Shown here: one piece after another, positions 36,335 through 49,171 of the stretch
Layout of the letters: each line of letters opens with the position of its first letter
Position numbering within the stretch: position 1 is the first letter of the stretch
DNA from: Marsupella aquatica
Taxonomy: Eukaryota; Plantae; Marchantiophyta
Reading direction: 5' to 3'
Length of the DNA stretch: 64,000 nucleotides
Assembly (NCBI GenBank): GCA_973895155.1
Contig: OZ316898.1
Coordinates: forward strand, 3,100,480-3,164,479
Program-made: the position numbers and the translations under genes
The notes under the pieces: generated by a model
The model's input: only the letters and a program-made list of their open reading frames with translations
The model's database searches: none
Told to the model about the DNA's origin: nothing

Positions 36335-39300
36335 ATTCTTCCAATTAGTTTCTTCTATCGATGTGACTATCTTGTACTATGTCCGTATGGTCTCCTACCA
36401 CAGACGTTTGATCTGGAACGGAATCTCTTTTTGTTGTTGTTTCTTTTTGTATTCAGTGATTACAGGCGTGCTATTGATGATATATGATCAGATATTTGTT
36501 AAGCACTTAAAAAACATCTGTGTTGAACATTACATTGGTAATGATGCAAGGTTCTGTCCGTGGCAAAGGACATCAATACACATGAAAGGAAATTGCATTA
36601 CAAGTTCACTAACGAACCATTATCGTTTCCTTGTTGGGGAAGTATGAAGCATGTGTACTACAAATGTGCTTTGGATGTCTCTATCTGCAAGTGAGACAGT
36701 GCAATCGTCCTGACTCGGCTTGATGGTAAATCTGTGCAGGCGGGTGATGAAGAGACTCAATTTCAGCTTCGCTTCACGGTTCCTAGGGGCACGAAAGATG
36801 AAGATATGAAAGGTGGACTTCATTGCACTGCCGAGGGAAAATGGGCCGTGACAAATTTTGCAACTGCTGCATAGAGCCACGCAGTGCGTCTTTAAAGCCA
36901 ACGTGTGTGCGTTTGTACATCTGACTTCAGCTCTAGTTTTGGTGAATAATTCTGCTTGTATATACGTGAGTCAAGTGGAGCTCTCGGTAGTGCTTAGTCA
37001 TTCTGCTGTGACATTAGCTTAATGTGATGGTGGGCTATAACCAACGGCAGGAAGCCACTGTTGCCAGTGAAAGTGATGCCGCTTTGGTAAAGGTTGCACG
37101 AGTTTTAAACTTTCTGGTTGTGAAGAAGCTGCAGTTTGTACATTTGAAATCAAGCAAATCAGTATATTTGGCAGCAACCATTTTTCAAAGCAGCTTTGCA
37201 TTGACTCTAAACCCTGATTGAATTTCTGATCGTCATAGTAGCTTTCATGCCTGGACATACGAACGGGTTATCCCCTTCGGCTCCCAATGTGATCGTGACA
37301 CTTTGACACATGTCTGGTGGGTCTTTTATTAAGCTATTATCAAATGCAGTAAACAGTTCAATTGATTCTTACAAAAAGTTCCACCAGCTTGCTTCTGCTG
37401 TTTAGCATTAGGCCTGTACTGTTGTCGGAGGAAATTCTCTAGCTCAATTGAATGAACATCATGACAAGTAAATGGTCCAGCTGGGAATTATGGTTGAACA
37501 ATTTTCGACCGAGAATGCGAGCCCCTTTAAATGTCTCCGGTCAATCTGGAGAATTGATGTGTTTTGAGAGATTTATATCTTCAAGGATATGTTTTAGCTG
37601 GGTCTTGTGCTTCCCTGTGGTTGAGTCGTCTGAGCTGGCTGATTGACAGGGTATTTCACAGGCGAACAGTCCAATGCCAGACTTTGTTCTCCCGTATGTC
37701 AAGCGGATGAGATACAAAGTGCCAGCGTTGAAGGAATTTTTCCCTAACGAAATGATCTCGATCGATTATCGCAAAGACACGGTCACTACTTAAAAGGCAC
37801 ACATGGATGATTGACAGGTAGGGAAGTACAATAGCATTCAGTTTCCTCGACACAGATGTCGAAAAGCGTCGTTTTACTTACTTGAGGTCTCTTGGAGTGC
37901 CTCTGCTCGACCTCCGAGTTTCTTTTTCTTACATTTAGTCCTGTTTCGAGCTTGTTATTGTAGGAAATCTGAACCAATTCACATCAGTGGGACTTGATTC
38001 ACAGCCATCGAGGAAAAAAGTGGTACCCTTGAGCTTGGCTGGCGGCTGTTTCACGACATACACGAGAACTTTGTGTAAAAAAGGCATATCGAGGAAAGCT
38101 AGCACCACGTTCTCTACATGTAGCTTTTCACTCTGTTAGAAGCGCATCATCATTTCATTCCTCGAATGGAAAACTGAAGTAGGAACAGAATAGTGAATGC
38201 GATAAGAATTTACAAAATGTAGATGTTGTGGGGATTCAAAATGATGTAGTAAGACTGATATCAACTGTAAACTGGGCTTTGCGTCTGAACATATTTTGAC
38301 AGGGGAGAGTCGCCGCCACAGTTCCACTCGTAGTATTCCAACGGATGACATTTTAGATACTAGGAGAGTGAGCATGACTTTTAAACAATCAATTTAAACT
38401 TCTCAGAACATTCGTTCAAGCAAGTTACATCACTGAATCCTACTAGCGTGACTACCCATTCCTTGAAACCAGAAACAAGGATTACATGCTACTTCTCGCG
38501 CATGTTTGCCACAATCCTTCTTTTTTGGTCTTCATCCTCACTTTTCAACTATGTTCTCACATAGAGTCATGGTCTAGAGGCCACACTGTAGAAAATAGGT
38601 CCAGCAAGTAACTTTTGATTGCACTTTATTAGTTAGTTTTGTTTAGAAAATGTATTACACCCACACAAGTTGGGCTGTAGTTACTACTTGGTATATCCAT
38701 TCATGACTCTTGTTCATGCCTTGTACATACTTCGACCCCCCCCCCCAAACCAAATGTAATCCCACTCTTATCCATAGATTATACATTTTGCAGATTTTGG
38801 ACATGAGCAACCATTCCTGATATCAAGAATCCTGTGCCTGAATTTTTGAAGGCAAAATCAAGTGTGTATTTGTGAATGGGTTGATTATGAGTCTTCTGTG
38901 TAGTAAGATAGATAAAATGGAGTTCACTTTTAGGTTTGTTGTTATGTGATGTAAAAGCATATTTTGCAAAAGGTGGATATATATCTATGCTTCTGTCAAG
39001 TATAGAGCAAGAGGATAAATCTGAAGTCATGGAGGAACACTTCATATCATAGAGTCTGAAGCAACATTTTCTAGAGGCCCTGCAGCCTGGAGGTCATCAC
39101 GTCAGATGGCTCTCGAGCTAGAAGCCCTCCAGTTTTATTTCCAGCAACACCTTCTTAATTAGGAGTGGTTTACCTTCCTTAAACACAAAGCTTGCTCATT
39201 TCCTTACCTACCCAAAACGAAACAAGAAAACAGAAAGGCTCCACTACAAATTGGTTAGGATGGGGAATTGTTTGTCAGAAATTGCCCAAGAGTCATCCCA

Positions 39301-40577
39301 CTATTGCAACTGCTGATTGCATCACGGACCACACGGAGGGAAACAGCCCCAGGAACAGACCAACCCCTAGTTGTTGTGAAGACCGTGTTGGATATACATT
39401 GCCAGGTCTTGTGGGGTGGGAGATGCTGAAACTCACATGTACTGGGGTGACTTATTTACATGACATGGGGCTCCATTGTTTCTTTTTCTTCACTGTGAGA
39501 TAAGTTTGGATATTATAATAAGTGAAAAGTACTGCAATTGTGTTTCCAAGAATATGCATTACCTTCCTCACGAGCATTAAAGCAACATACGTAGGGGGGG
39601 CCCAATCTTATCTTAGTAAAATAGAGGGACACTTCTTGGGATTTTCCTTTTCGATATGATAAATTTGCCGTCTACATGCCACTGCATCTTTCTGCAATTA
39701 TTAATTTTTTCTGGTGTAGCCAGTCAGATAAACTGACATACTGCAGGCCAGTGGACTTTTTGGTTGTACAACCCACATATTCACAAACATGAACAGATTC
39801 AGGTAGAAGGCCAATATAGAGGCTCAAGCCTCCAACACTTGCTGATGCCCTCTCTGTTTGCTACGCGGGGAGAACTGAACTATCGCCAAAAAAAAAGCAA
39901 GTGTCATAAACTATATCAGAATTCCACTTTTGGGTGGGATTGATGTTAAAAGAATGAACACCTCCAACAGGATTCAATCCCTGCACCTGAACTGCCCCAC
40001 TCATCTGGTAAGCCATCACCCATAATCTGGTAATAGTCTTAGAGTCACTATTCTCATGCATAACATTTATCTTAATAGCAGGGTCGTGCAATGGGCACAT
40101 GCAGCCTCCCTAATTGTTTGCGTTAATGGGATCAATTAGCCTCAATATTGGGGTTCACCCAAAATTGTTTGAGGGTAGATTCAGGGTAACACAGTAGCAT
40201 CATTAGTAGGTCTAGATGAACACATGAAGTACAATCAGTATAATACATAGGAGCAATCATTGGCTCTTAACTTGGATTGCATGCATGCCTTGCTCTAATT
40301 AGAATTTTACTTTTGCAAGTTAGAATGTTGACTATTCCCTTCTAAATTTCACGAGCTAGCACTTGTGGCGCGTTTCCCAACACCTCTAACCCCAAGAACC
40401 ATCCGCCACCTGCTATAAACCCCTACTTTTGGTCGGCTTATGGTGGTTTGGCTACCATTCGGCTTGGAAACGCGATCTACTCTCGATCCACACTATGCTG
40501 GACTGATTCTTTCATTGGACTTGCAAATTGTGCATTGCTTTGACACCTAATTCTCAATTGATTTCGTCGGGTATGTT

Positions 40578-43500
40578 TGTATTCCGCCCCCGGAATGTAC
40601 CTCTACGGCTTAATCTCTTAAGCCGGCTGAAGGTTTTTCTTAGACCAACTCAACCCACACTTTAACCAACAAAACACTCTCAATCCTCACTTTTCTCTCA
40701 GAGTTTGGTTTGGCAATCTCCAATCAAGACAATGCGATCGTATAGCTTCACAGTCGCTCTAACTGATTTAAATCGATCAAGCGACAAGTATCACAACACA
40801 CAACGCCATGATTGCAAGAATCTGCGAACTAGGCAACAAGGCCAACACAATTCAAACAATTGCACAGAAATGGAAATTTGTGGCTTACTGATAATCCGCG
40901 GTCTAGATTTAGCCGAGAGCTGTATGCTAGCAATACTGACTTTACACTAGAGTCTCGACTAAGAAAAAGCCCCCCGAGCCACGCTGCCCAGGTTTTTATC
41001 CTTGCAGCGCATTCAGGGGAAAAGGCGGAAATCCTAACCACAACTCACGGCCTTCCACCGCGATAATCCAACTAAAAACTATTACCTAAAAAACTTGACT
41101 AGCCCGGAACCCTGTGGGAACCGAGCATCTAATACTACCTAAGCCTACAGGGCACTATTTGCCCTGTCCCATCCTACAACGGCTGCGCCCTTCTGGCCCA
41201 AGCCCTTCTCCTACCGCCACGTCCTCCTTCCAACCGATGACTGGCCCTCCTTAATTGTCAGATGACCGGGGGTAAGCCTGAATCTTCCGACTCTGCGCCT
41301 TCTCCTGCCATCGGCTCCGGCTTGATCCCTTTGGCTTCCTTGACTTTGGGTTCTGGTTTGTCGGCCCCGGCATCGGCTGCGGCATCGGCATCCTCCTGGG
41401 AAACAGCTTGGATAGCGTTGGCCTTCACTTCCTCAATCCAAGCCCGCTCTCCAATACGTTCTGTATCGATTTTCCACGGCTTCACATTTCGGTAGTCCAT
41501 GGTGGCTGTACCGGTGTCTGAACCTGTTACCGCAGCTCCAAGTTCATCGACATTACTTATCTCTACCACGGCCGCCTTTATAGCAACAGTCCCACAAATG
41601 TGGGCGGCCATACTCTCGACCTCTTCTGGCGTGGCTTTAAGAGGTACCCCAGAAGTACCTGTTGGCCCCATGAATGTTTTGGCCAGATCCGCAACCAACT
41701 GCATTGCCTTACCCCCTGTTACTCTTGACAATATAGATGTCGGTTTTGGCACCTCAGTATTCCCAGCGACCACGCCACTAGCGGGAGACCATCCAGTTGG
41801 TGATCCGTGCCCGACTTCGGCATACTTTCACAACTTCTCTGTTTGATTATCTGCACATCTCTGTAAGCCAATCATCTTGTCTTTGGCCTCCTCCAGCTCT
41901 TGGGATAAATCCTCAACCTCCTCATTAAGCCGGTGCGCCTCCTCTTTGGCCGTCTTGAGCTCCTCGTTTAAGATCTGCACAATCTCAAACTCCTGCTTAT
42001 CCAAAGCGGCTCTCTAGGAATCGTTGATGCTTTCCAGCTTTGTGACCTCGTCCGTCCATGCCTGCTTTGTCCTGATTAGCTCCTCCTGAAGCTCCTTGCG
42101 TATCTATTGGACTCGGCTTAGGTGATCATTGGCCGCTGTGCAAATGGCGTCATCATGCTTCTCACGCATGGCCTCCAACCGGTTGAGTAACTTGTCATAC
42201 TTCCTTTGGGCTTCTGCCAAGGCCTTCTCGCTCTGGGTGGCCTGATCCTTAGCCGTCTTTCTGAGCCTCTCGACTTGGCAATTTAGACCATGTACTTCTG
42301 CTTTTGAATCGGCTAACTCCAGCTCTACCTTCGTCAATTTTTCCTTGATCTGCTGGTTATCCAATTGGTAGTTTTCCAATTGGTTGTTCGCCACTTCTAA
42401 TTCCTGCTGCTTAGCCAAGAGATCCTGCTGAGTTGGTTGATCAGACTTTGTCTTAGCAACTTTGGCTTCCATGGAGCGAAGCCGAGCGATTACCTCTTCT
42501 TTCTTTAATCGCTCCAACGTCATTGCCTCCTCCAACCTTGTTTGGTTCGCCATTTCCTTTCTAAGAAATGGTCCGGATACTAACTCATTGCCGAAGATTT
42601 CTAAGGCTAGCAATCCACACATGTCTCCATACTCCCTAGCCCGATCCCTGGCATATTTTGATCTACCAGGTGATACTGGCATCTGCCAACGAGGCCGTTT
42701 CTCCCAGGCTTCTGCTCGTAATTGATCGCAGTCAGTGAGAGGTTTGGCCTGCTTCTCACTAAGCCGTCTTATTTCCTCCGGCCAATCACCACCTGGTAGC
42801 TGTCGTTCCTGCATGTCATTTCGGGCCCTCCACTCGTCGAGTTTCTCCTTCAGACCTGCCTCGACTTCCTTCATTTGGTCAAACTCCAATGGTGTCATGT
42901 CCGGTGGAGGAGACTCTGGGGTTTTCTGATCCTCCGGCTTGCCATAAAAGATTGAGGGAAGTCTTCTACAAAACCTTCCCAACATTCTCACTCCCGGCAC
43001 TGGTCTCTCCCCATGATCGATAGAATCATTGTCGTAGTCATCCACATTAACCTGACTACCGAGCATGTCGGCCTCTTCTACAAAGCCCCAATCTCCTCCT
43101 CTGAGTATTGTTGGGCTGCCACTGGTTGATTTACCTCCACCGGTTCCTCCACTCGGGCCCGGCTATAAGCTCTAAGGACTGGCCTCTCCGAACTTCGGCC
43201 TCGGCTTCCATCTTCTGACTCCGAATCCATTTGCTCATCTCGTTTCTTTCTTTCTTCGGCAATCATCTTCCTCTCTACCAGTTGAATACCTGCATATGGG
43301 TTATTGCGAGTAGGCCGTCGCAGCGGATTTCTCACCACGTCATATGTTAACACCTTTGGTTCCTTGAGAGGGGAATTCTCCCATCCCTGGACTGCCTGTA
43401 TTGCCGACCTCTTCTCTTGCCGTCGCTTGTTCAGGGGCTGCTCATCCTCCGCCACCTCCTCAAGTGGTGCAGTGATCAGCATCCGCTCCTGTATAGGCAA

Positions 43501-44860
43501 CACTAGTGCAAAAGACTGGCTTCTTGCATATCGGCAAAGTAATTGCAGATGGTACCCTAGTCTGGATACCGCTCCTTCCCCAATGCTCTGCTTCTCTTCA
43601 TTCAATGCCTTCTTCAACTGCATTAAGAGATAGCCGTTGTAGTCTCGGCTTGAATCAATATTCTCCACCAAAAATACCTGGGCTTTGCCGATTTCTGCTC
43701 TTGGCAAGGTACAATGCAACGTGACTCTCAGGAAATCAATCAGCTGCCCTATATGCGGGTTTGTACATTGATTCCTGAAGAACCCATTCTTAGTGGAAGG
43801 CCCTGTAAATGACCTGAACTGGTCATCCGACAACGTCATCCTCTGCTCCACCTTAGTCTTCCTTCTTGTTGGTAAAGCGAAGACGGCTTCGATAAGCGCA
43901 AGTGTTAGTTTGAACACCTTTCCATACAGCAGCGTCGTGTTGGAAGAAGCCTCCCAGCATCCCACAAAGTCCAACAGATCCTCATCTGGTATCTCTTTTA
44001 ACCGCCATGGTAATCGGATGAAACCCTCTAAGCCGGTGTTGTTCATGTATCCCGAATACTTGTTATCCTAGATAGCACAGAAGACCTCATCTTCTTCTCG
44101 TGCAAACTGCAGTTGTAAGTCGGCAGGTAGCTTATCCGCCCAACCCGCCATAAACTTATCCTCTACTGCCCTATCACGAACTGGCACGGCTTCAGTCTTA
44201 GCCTGCCTCTCCGACCGGTTCCGCTTAGCTGGTGTTGCAGATGCCGAACTACCCTTACTCTTCATCTCCTTCGTTCCTGAGAACTCTCCAAGAATGGCTT
44301 CCTTGCTCCAAGCCAAAGTGTGACCCTTCAACTCCCACACCGGCTGCCCAGCGTTCTTAATCGCCTCCCGAATTCCAACGACTCGATTCTGTTGGATCAG
44401 CAATTTGTCAAGCTCGGCACTGGTGGGAGTCCATGCAAATTTCTCAAGGACTTCTTCCGTTCCCGCAAAAGCCGTCTTATGAATTCCCCATAACCGTGCG
44501 AGCTCCGCCCATTCCCTTGCTGCTCGTTCCGGCTCGACGTCTTCGTAAGTTGGTATGAGCTGCCGTGCTTCTTCAAGCAAACAACCCCAAAACTTGGCCG
44601 CTTGATTCACCGTGGTCATTCCAGCGAAAGAGAAAAGAGCTTGAGCAATTCCCTAACCACCTCCCCCGATCGATCGGCAACTGCTTCCACCTCCCTAGGT
44701 TGATCGAACAAGCAAATGAGCAAGTGTACAGAGTGTCGGTCCCCTCCCTACGAAGCCGCCTCCTGATGGCTTACCTGATCAAGCCCAGATTAGGTCATAA
44801 CCCTAATCCTACTTAATCGCGACCGTTGGATCCTATCCTATCACAATCTCCCCCGAACAT
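40578..44860 (-). mobile_element. 4283-bp TG...CA element with TGTT TSD, interpreted as a giant ORF-bearing solo LTR
   Basis: TGTT at 40574-40577 and 44861-44864. Termini TGTATTC/GAACA. No gag, pol or transposase catalytic motifs seen. TATA-like GATAAAAA at 41000-40993 (minus) followed by a GT-rich tail. Confidence 0.7.
41258..44619 (-). pseudogene. Disrupted ~1120-codon transposon accessory ORF (plant mobile/Transposase_32-like domain plus coiled coil)
   Basis: Four track ORFs join into one frame across TAG 44068, TAG 42104, TAG 42014, TGA 41828 and a single frameshift near 43080. GLEGFIRLPW...LLYGKVFKLTLALIEAVFALP resembles plant retroelement accessory domains. Heptad-rich region at about 41850-42550. 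Confidence 0.75.
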
Positions 44861-46199
44861 GTTCTCCCTTATTCTCTATCTAATCTTTATTTAGCCATTA
44901 TTTTAGGCTTAACTAAGTACTTTGTGATCCTGGCAAGGCATCACATCACTCAAACACATTACATGCTCACAAATTATTTGCTTTGTCTCTCCCCAAAAGC
45001 TAGCATGGATCACAACATTTGGAAGGATGTTCAGATGTACCATCTTGTGGTTCTTTCCCTAGTAGGTTTTCCTTTTCTAGAATAATTGGCTAAAGATGTA
45101 GGGTAGAGCATGGCTACAACAACTTTCACATCCCAGTAATTTGCACATCAAAAAGCAACAAGTAGACACGGAGAAAGAAAAACAGTTAGTGATGTAAGGC
45201 CAGATGTAAGGGAACAATTGGGTTTATTGTGGTCTGAAAAATTTGTCCAACCTTTGGGCCCATGCCTCATGACATTTGTACACCTTATGCTGTCACGTTT
45301 GATGTGCATCTACCATAAGGCAACCTTTCTTGGAAGCATGATTTCTCCCTCATAGCATGGTCCTGTCAAGTGGTACTATTTGCAAATTTTGGTCTGGCAA
45401 TTATTATCAAGAAATAAAAAATATATATTTTATGCCTTGGAAGATTTTCAATTATCAGAAGGTCTCCGGGAAGGTCGCTTGATACAAAAAAAGAAAGTAG
45501 AATTTCCAAAAAAAAATTGACCACTCCAATATTAGGGATGGCCAAGGTTTTCATATCATTGAGCTATTTAGACTCTAGCTATTCTTTAGGTAACATGCAA
45601 TATAGACATTATAGTCGAATGGTAGGAACTCACAATGGCAGATGTGAGGTCTCACTTTCCTATTTCAATTGGGGGAGACTTTGTACCATCTCCTCAAGGT
45701 GAAAAAAACTTGTATTAATACAAAGATGGACTGAATGATTAATACTTTGGTCTGAAAATAGTCATCCCATGAACATCAATATCCTGAATATACCCTTATA
45801 ACTTTGGAACAACGTTCTATTGAACATGTCAGTGGTAATTGTCAAAAACATATCTAATATCTTACTGGGCACTATATACGCAAGTAGGAGCCAAGATGAT
45901 TGGAGCCCGCACTGGGTTACACACTGGCATGAGCCCCACCCATTCCGCCAATCTGGACATCAGACTTGGAGCACTACAGCTGTAGTCAGAAATCTGGGTG
46001 CACTGGAGACTGTGATCACAGTTTAGCCTCAATGAATGCACACTCTCTTGTTTGAGTGCTCAAATGAAAAGAGCTGTTTGAAGGTCAGTTTCGAAGCTTA
46101 AAATCATAGCTGAAATGGGAAGGTTTATGATGGCAAGGCAAGGGGGAGCAATCAACACCTTTTTTGAACTGGCCTTATCAGGATGTGTGGGAATGTTCT

Positions 46200-46590
46200 T
46201 TTGGAAAGACGAAGAACACTTGTCCCATGTGCTCTTTCCTACACATGTGGGAAACCATGTTATGCCATAGGGGCCCATTCATTTGTCTTTGGTGGAATAC
46301 ATGTGACCAGACCATAGTTGTTCATGATGTTATAATTAAGGGATGCTACAGCTCAAGTAGATTCTTGCTGGGATTTTGGTACACGTATGGCCGGTGGGGG
46401 TGCTTGATTTGCCTACTCAATTTGCCTGGCCTCCACCAGTCACAAACAATTACGGGTTGACCTTACCATGGTTTGTGATGACCGACGTACCTGAGATGAT
46501 GTTGTGGTTGTCAACCCTTTGCGCCGAGACATCATCGGGATAGCTGCGACATGGGTGGCAACAACAAAAGTTAGAAGTAACATATGGCAC
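46200..46590 (+). mobile_element. Decayed 3' fragment of an RLE-endonuclease (CRE-like) non-LTR retrotransposon
   Basis: Reads TCGKPCYAIGAH...LRVDLTMVCDDRRT*DDVVVVNPLRRDIIGIAAT...TKVR, similar to the zinc knuckle plus RxD...DVxVxxP...AA...K restriction-like endonuclease layout. Contains stops. Confidence 0.45.
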
Positions 46591-46607
46591 ACGGCTTCAT
46601 CAGATAG

Positions 46608-46632
46608 CCCCCCCCCCCCCCCCCCCCCCCCT
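46608..46632. repeat. Poly(C) run of 25 nt
   Basis: Direct observation. Confidence 0.97.
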
Positions 46633-47825
46633 TTGCTCTTGAGACCCCTCTTGAATGTTTTTCCTCTTTCTCAATTTCAGTGGTTATATTTACCTCTTCT
46701 CAAGTGTTTTGGTGTTGGGTGCTTGTTGTCTTTGGACCATTTTGCTCCCCTTCATTGTACTTTGTTTGGCCCTTTTTGTAAACATGAATTGTATTTTTCT
46801 TAATTTTTTTTTTGTCTGTGATTCTTTTTCTTAAAATCTATTTAGGCATCCTTTAACATCAGTGGTAGAGGTGATGGCTTTTGGCCCTAAAATAGTGGCC
46901 TTTATGGTTTCACAGGCTTGTAAAACATTTATTTAGATATTTTCCTGCCTCTAGCGGGGCCTCTAGACTAAATTCTGGTCAACGCATATGAGATTGTTTA
47001 TAGCAAAAAGTTAAGGATGATGAATCTGGTGGTCTATATTCTGTCCATAAACTTGAGTAGTTACTTTAACGTACATAAAAGTTTGGGTTTCAGACCCCTT
47101 TGGTGACGTGTCTCTGGGTGAGCCTTTCATTATTTGGAACTTTGATATAACTAATAAAGTACAATCAAAAGCTCCTCCAAGAGTCTATTATCTAGAGTGA
47201 GTCTATTATCTAGAGTGAAGACTCTGTAGGGTGATTTTAATCCGAAAGTGAGGGCGTAGACAAAAGAACAGGGATGAGACAATGAAAGATTAACAGGAAA
47301 TAGCATGGAATCCCTTTTTCTGTAAAGTTTTTTTCTCCTCCTCTATCTTTACCTTCAAGGAAGGGGTAATCAAGCTAGTATATAAAACTTTTGTTTTATT
47401 TGGAGTTATGGTTTTCAACACTCATGGAGATATGAGCTTGATAGTCCCAAATTTACGACCCAGCCCCATGAGGTTTTAGGGATACCTCCATTAAGGTCTA
47501 TCAATGGTCTGGATCACTCATGGGGTTCATCAAATAAGACTTTTCATTCTGAGCTCCATCAAAGATACCTGCACTTTGTGCTGTGGTTTCATTATTTAAA
47601 TTTATAAATAACAAAGCATTGTAGACAGTGGGTTAATTCCTTAAATTAAAAAAAAAACTATAAGAGCGTTGTAGACAATCATGATGAAGGGAGAATACAA
47701 GTCAGAGGGATATTCTTGATGAACCCCCAAAATGAAAAGCTTTACTAGATGGAGTGATCCATACCTTTGATAGACATAGACAAAGCTTTACTTGATGGAC
47801 CCCATGAGTGATCCATAGCCTTGAT

Positions 47826-48406
47826 CAGCTTTTTACTAAGCTGTCCCCCTAATTGTCCGAATTTAGTATACTGCCCCCCAAACAATTTTATTTACCCACT
47901 ATGCCCCCCATTCTATACCTGGGTTAGTATATAGCATACACTAACTTAACAGTGCCACATGGCAAGGCATGAGTGGCTGCGGGTGAAATCGCCTTGATTT
48001 GCCCCTTGTCCCCCTCCTTTCCCATGCGGGCCGTTGTCACAGGCCCGGGAAGAGCCAAAAGGGCCTGGCCACCCCCCCACAAAGTGTTGAGGCCCAGGAC
48101 GAGCCAAAGCCTCCCGACTTCGCCCTCACCAAGTACTCAGGTTTGGGAGGAGCAACCCCCCGACTTTCCCCTCACCAAGTACTGAAGAACAAATTTCCCT
48201 ACATGAATAGTGAGACCCACGAGGAGCTAAAACTGCCCCACCTACGCTCACAAATGCAGCCCACTCATGCCTTGCCATGTGGCACTGTTAAGCCAGTGTA
48301 AGCTGTATGCTAACCCAGATATGGAAGGGGGCATAATGGTAAATAAAATTATTTGGGAGACAGGATACTAAATTGGGACAGTTAGTAGGAGCTTAGTAAA
48401 AAACGG
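47826..48406. mobile_element. Long-TIR non-autonomous transposon, copy 2, with 10-bp TSD (MULE-like), nested in another inverted-repeat element (~47495-48420)
   Basis: Homologous to 24864-25419. Flanks TAGCCTTGAT (47816-47825) and TACCCTTGAT (48407-48416). Confidence 0.88.
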
Positions 48407-49171
48407 TACCCTTGATAGACTATGAGGCGTTGATTTCAGGTCTATCAAGGGTACAATTTTTTACTAAGCTCCTACTAACTGTCACAATTTAGTATTTCTC
48501 TCAAAGAATATGACAAGCAAAAGGCAGTGGAAGGAAACGCGCCAAGAACCACAACGAGACCGAAGTGGGCGAACCACGCAACGCCACGTACGAGAACAAG
48601 AGATTCCAAGGACACTTTGCAAATTAGATGCAGCACCACCTGTCCAATTGCAGAGGCTTCTGGGAGATTCCTGGGCCATGCTGCCCCCCAGATGTTTCCA
48701 CTTCTTCCCAACACCTGTCGCCCCCTGACTTACCGAGGACGCCGACCCTTCGCCCTGTCGACAGCAGCCACCGCAGGGCCGTGCTTTCCATCAAACCCCC
48801 CAATCCTCATGCTCATATTCCAACATCGATGTTCGGTGGATTTTACTCAGCCCTCGAGAATTTCGAGAATTGAAGCTTCGGGAAGCACTTCAAGAGCCGG
48901 AAGCTCCTCTCCGCCTCCTCTTTCCTAGGTTGTGTCTCGCCCATCAGCGCAGGTTTGAGTTGGATTTGTTCGAGCACCTCACTCATCAGGATTGTGGGTT
49001 CTCGGATCAGTGTTGGAGAAGAAGCGTAGGTTGGTCGGTGATTTTAGGTTCCTAATCAGCGGAAGAAATTTTTTGGCGGCCTTAGAGAACTGTTAGAGCG
49101 GAGGAGAGAGGAGACGAAGTTTAGGTGAGAAAGGGAGAAGAGTGCAAGGAGACGGGGTGTGTAAGGTAATC

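Larger units (their letters stand above)
40364..44945 (+). mobile_element. Small (~295 bp) solo LTR split by a nested 4.3-kb insertion; parts 40364-40577 and 44865-44945
   Basis: Ends TGTGGCGC...GCATCACA (imperfect TIR). Flanks GCACT/TCACT form a 4/5 TSD. TATAAA at 40414. The halves rejoin cleanly at TGTT. Confidence 0.65.

Noticed and set aside
41258-44619. Programmed stop-codon readthrough or a four-gene operon
   Set aside because: Mixed TAG/TGA stops plus a frameshift are better explained by mutational decay of one ORF.
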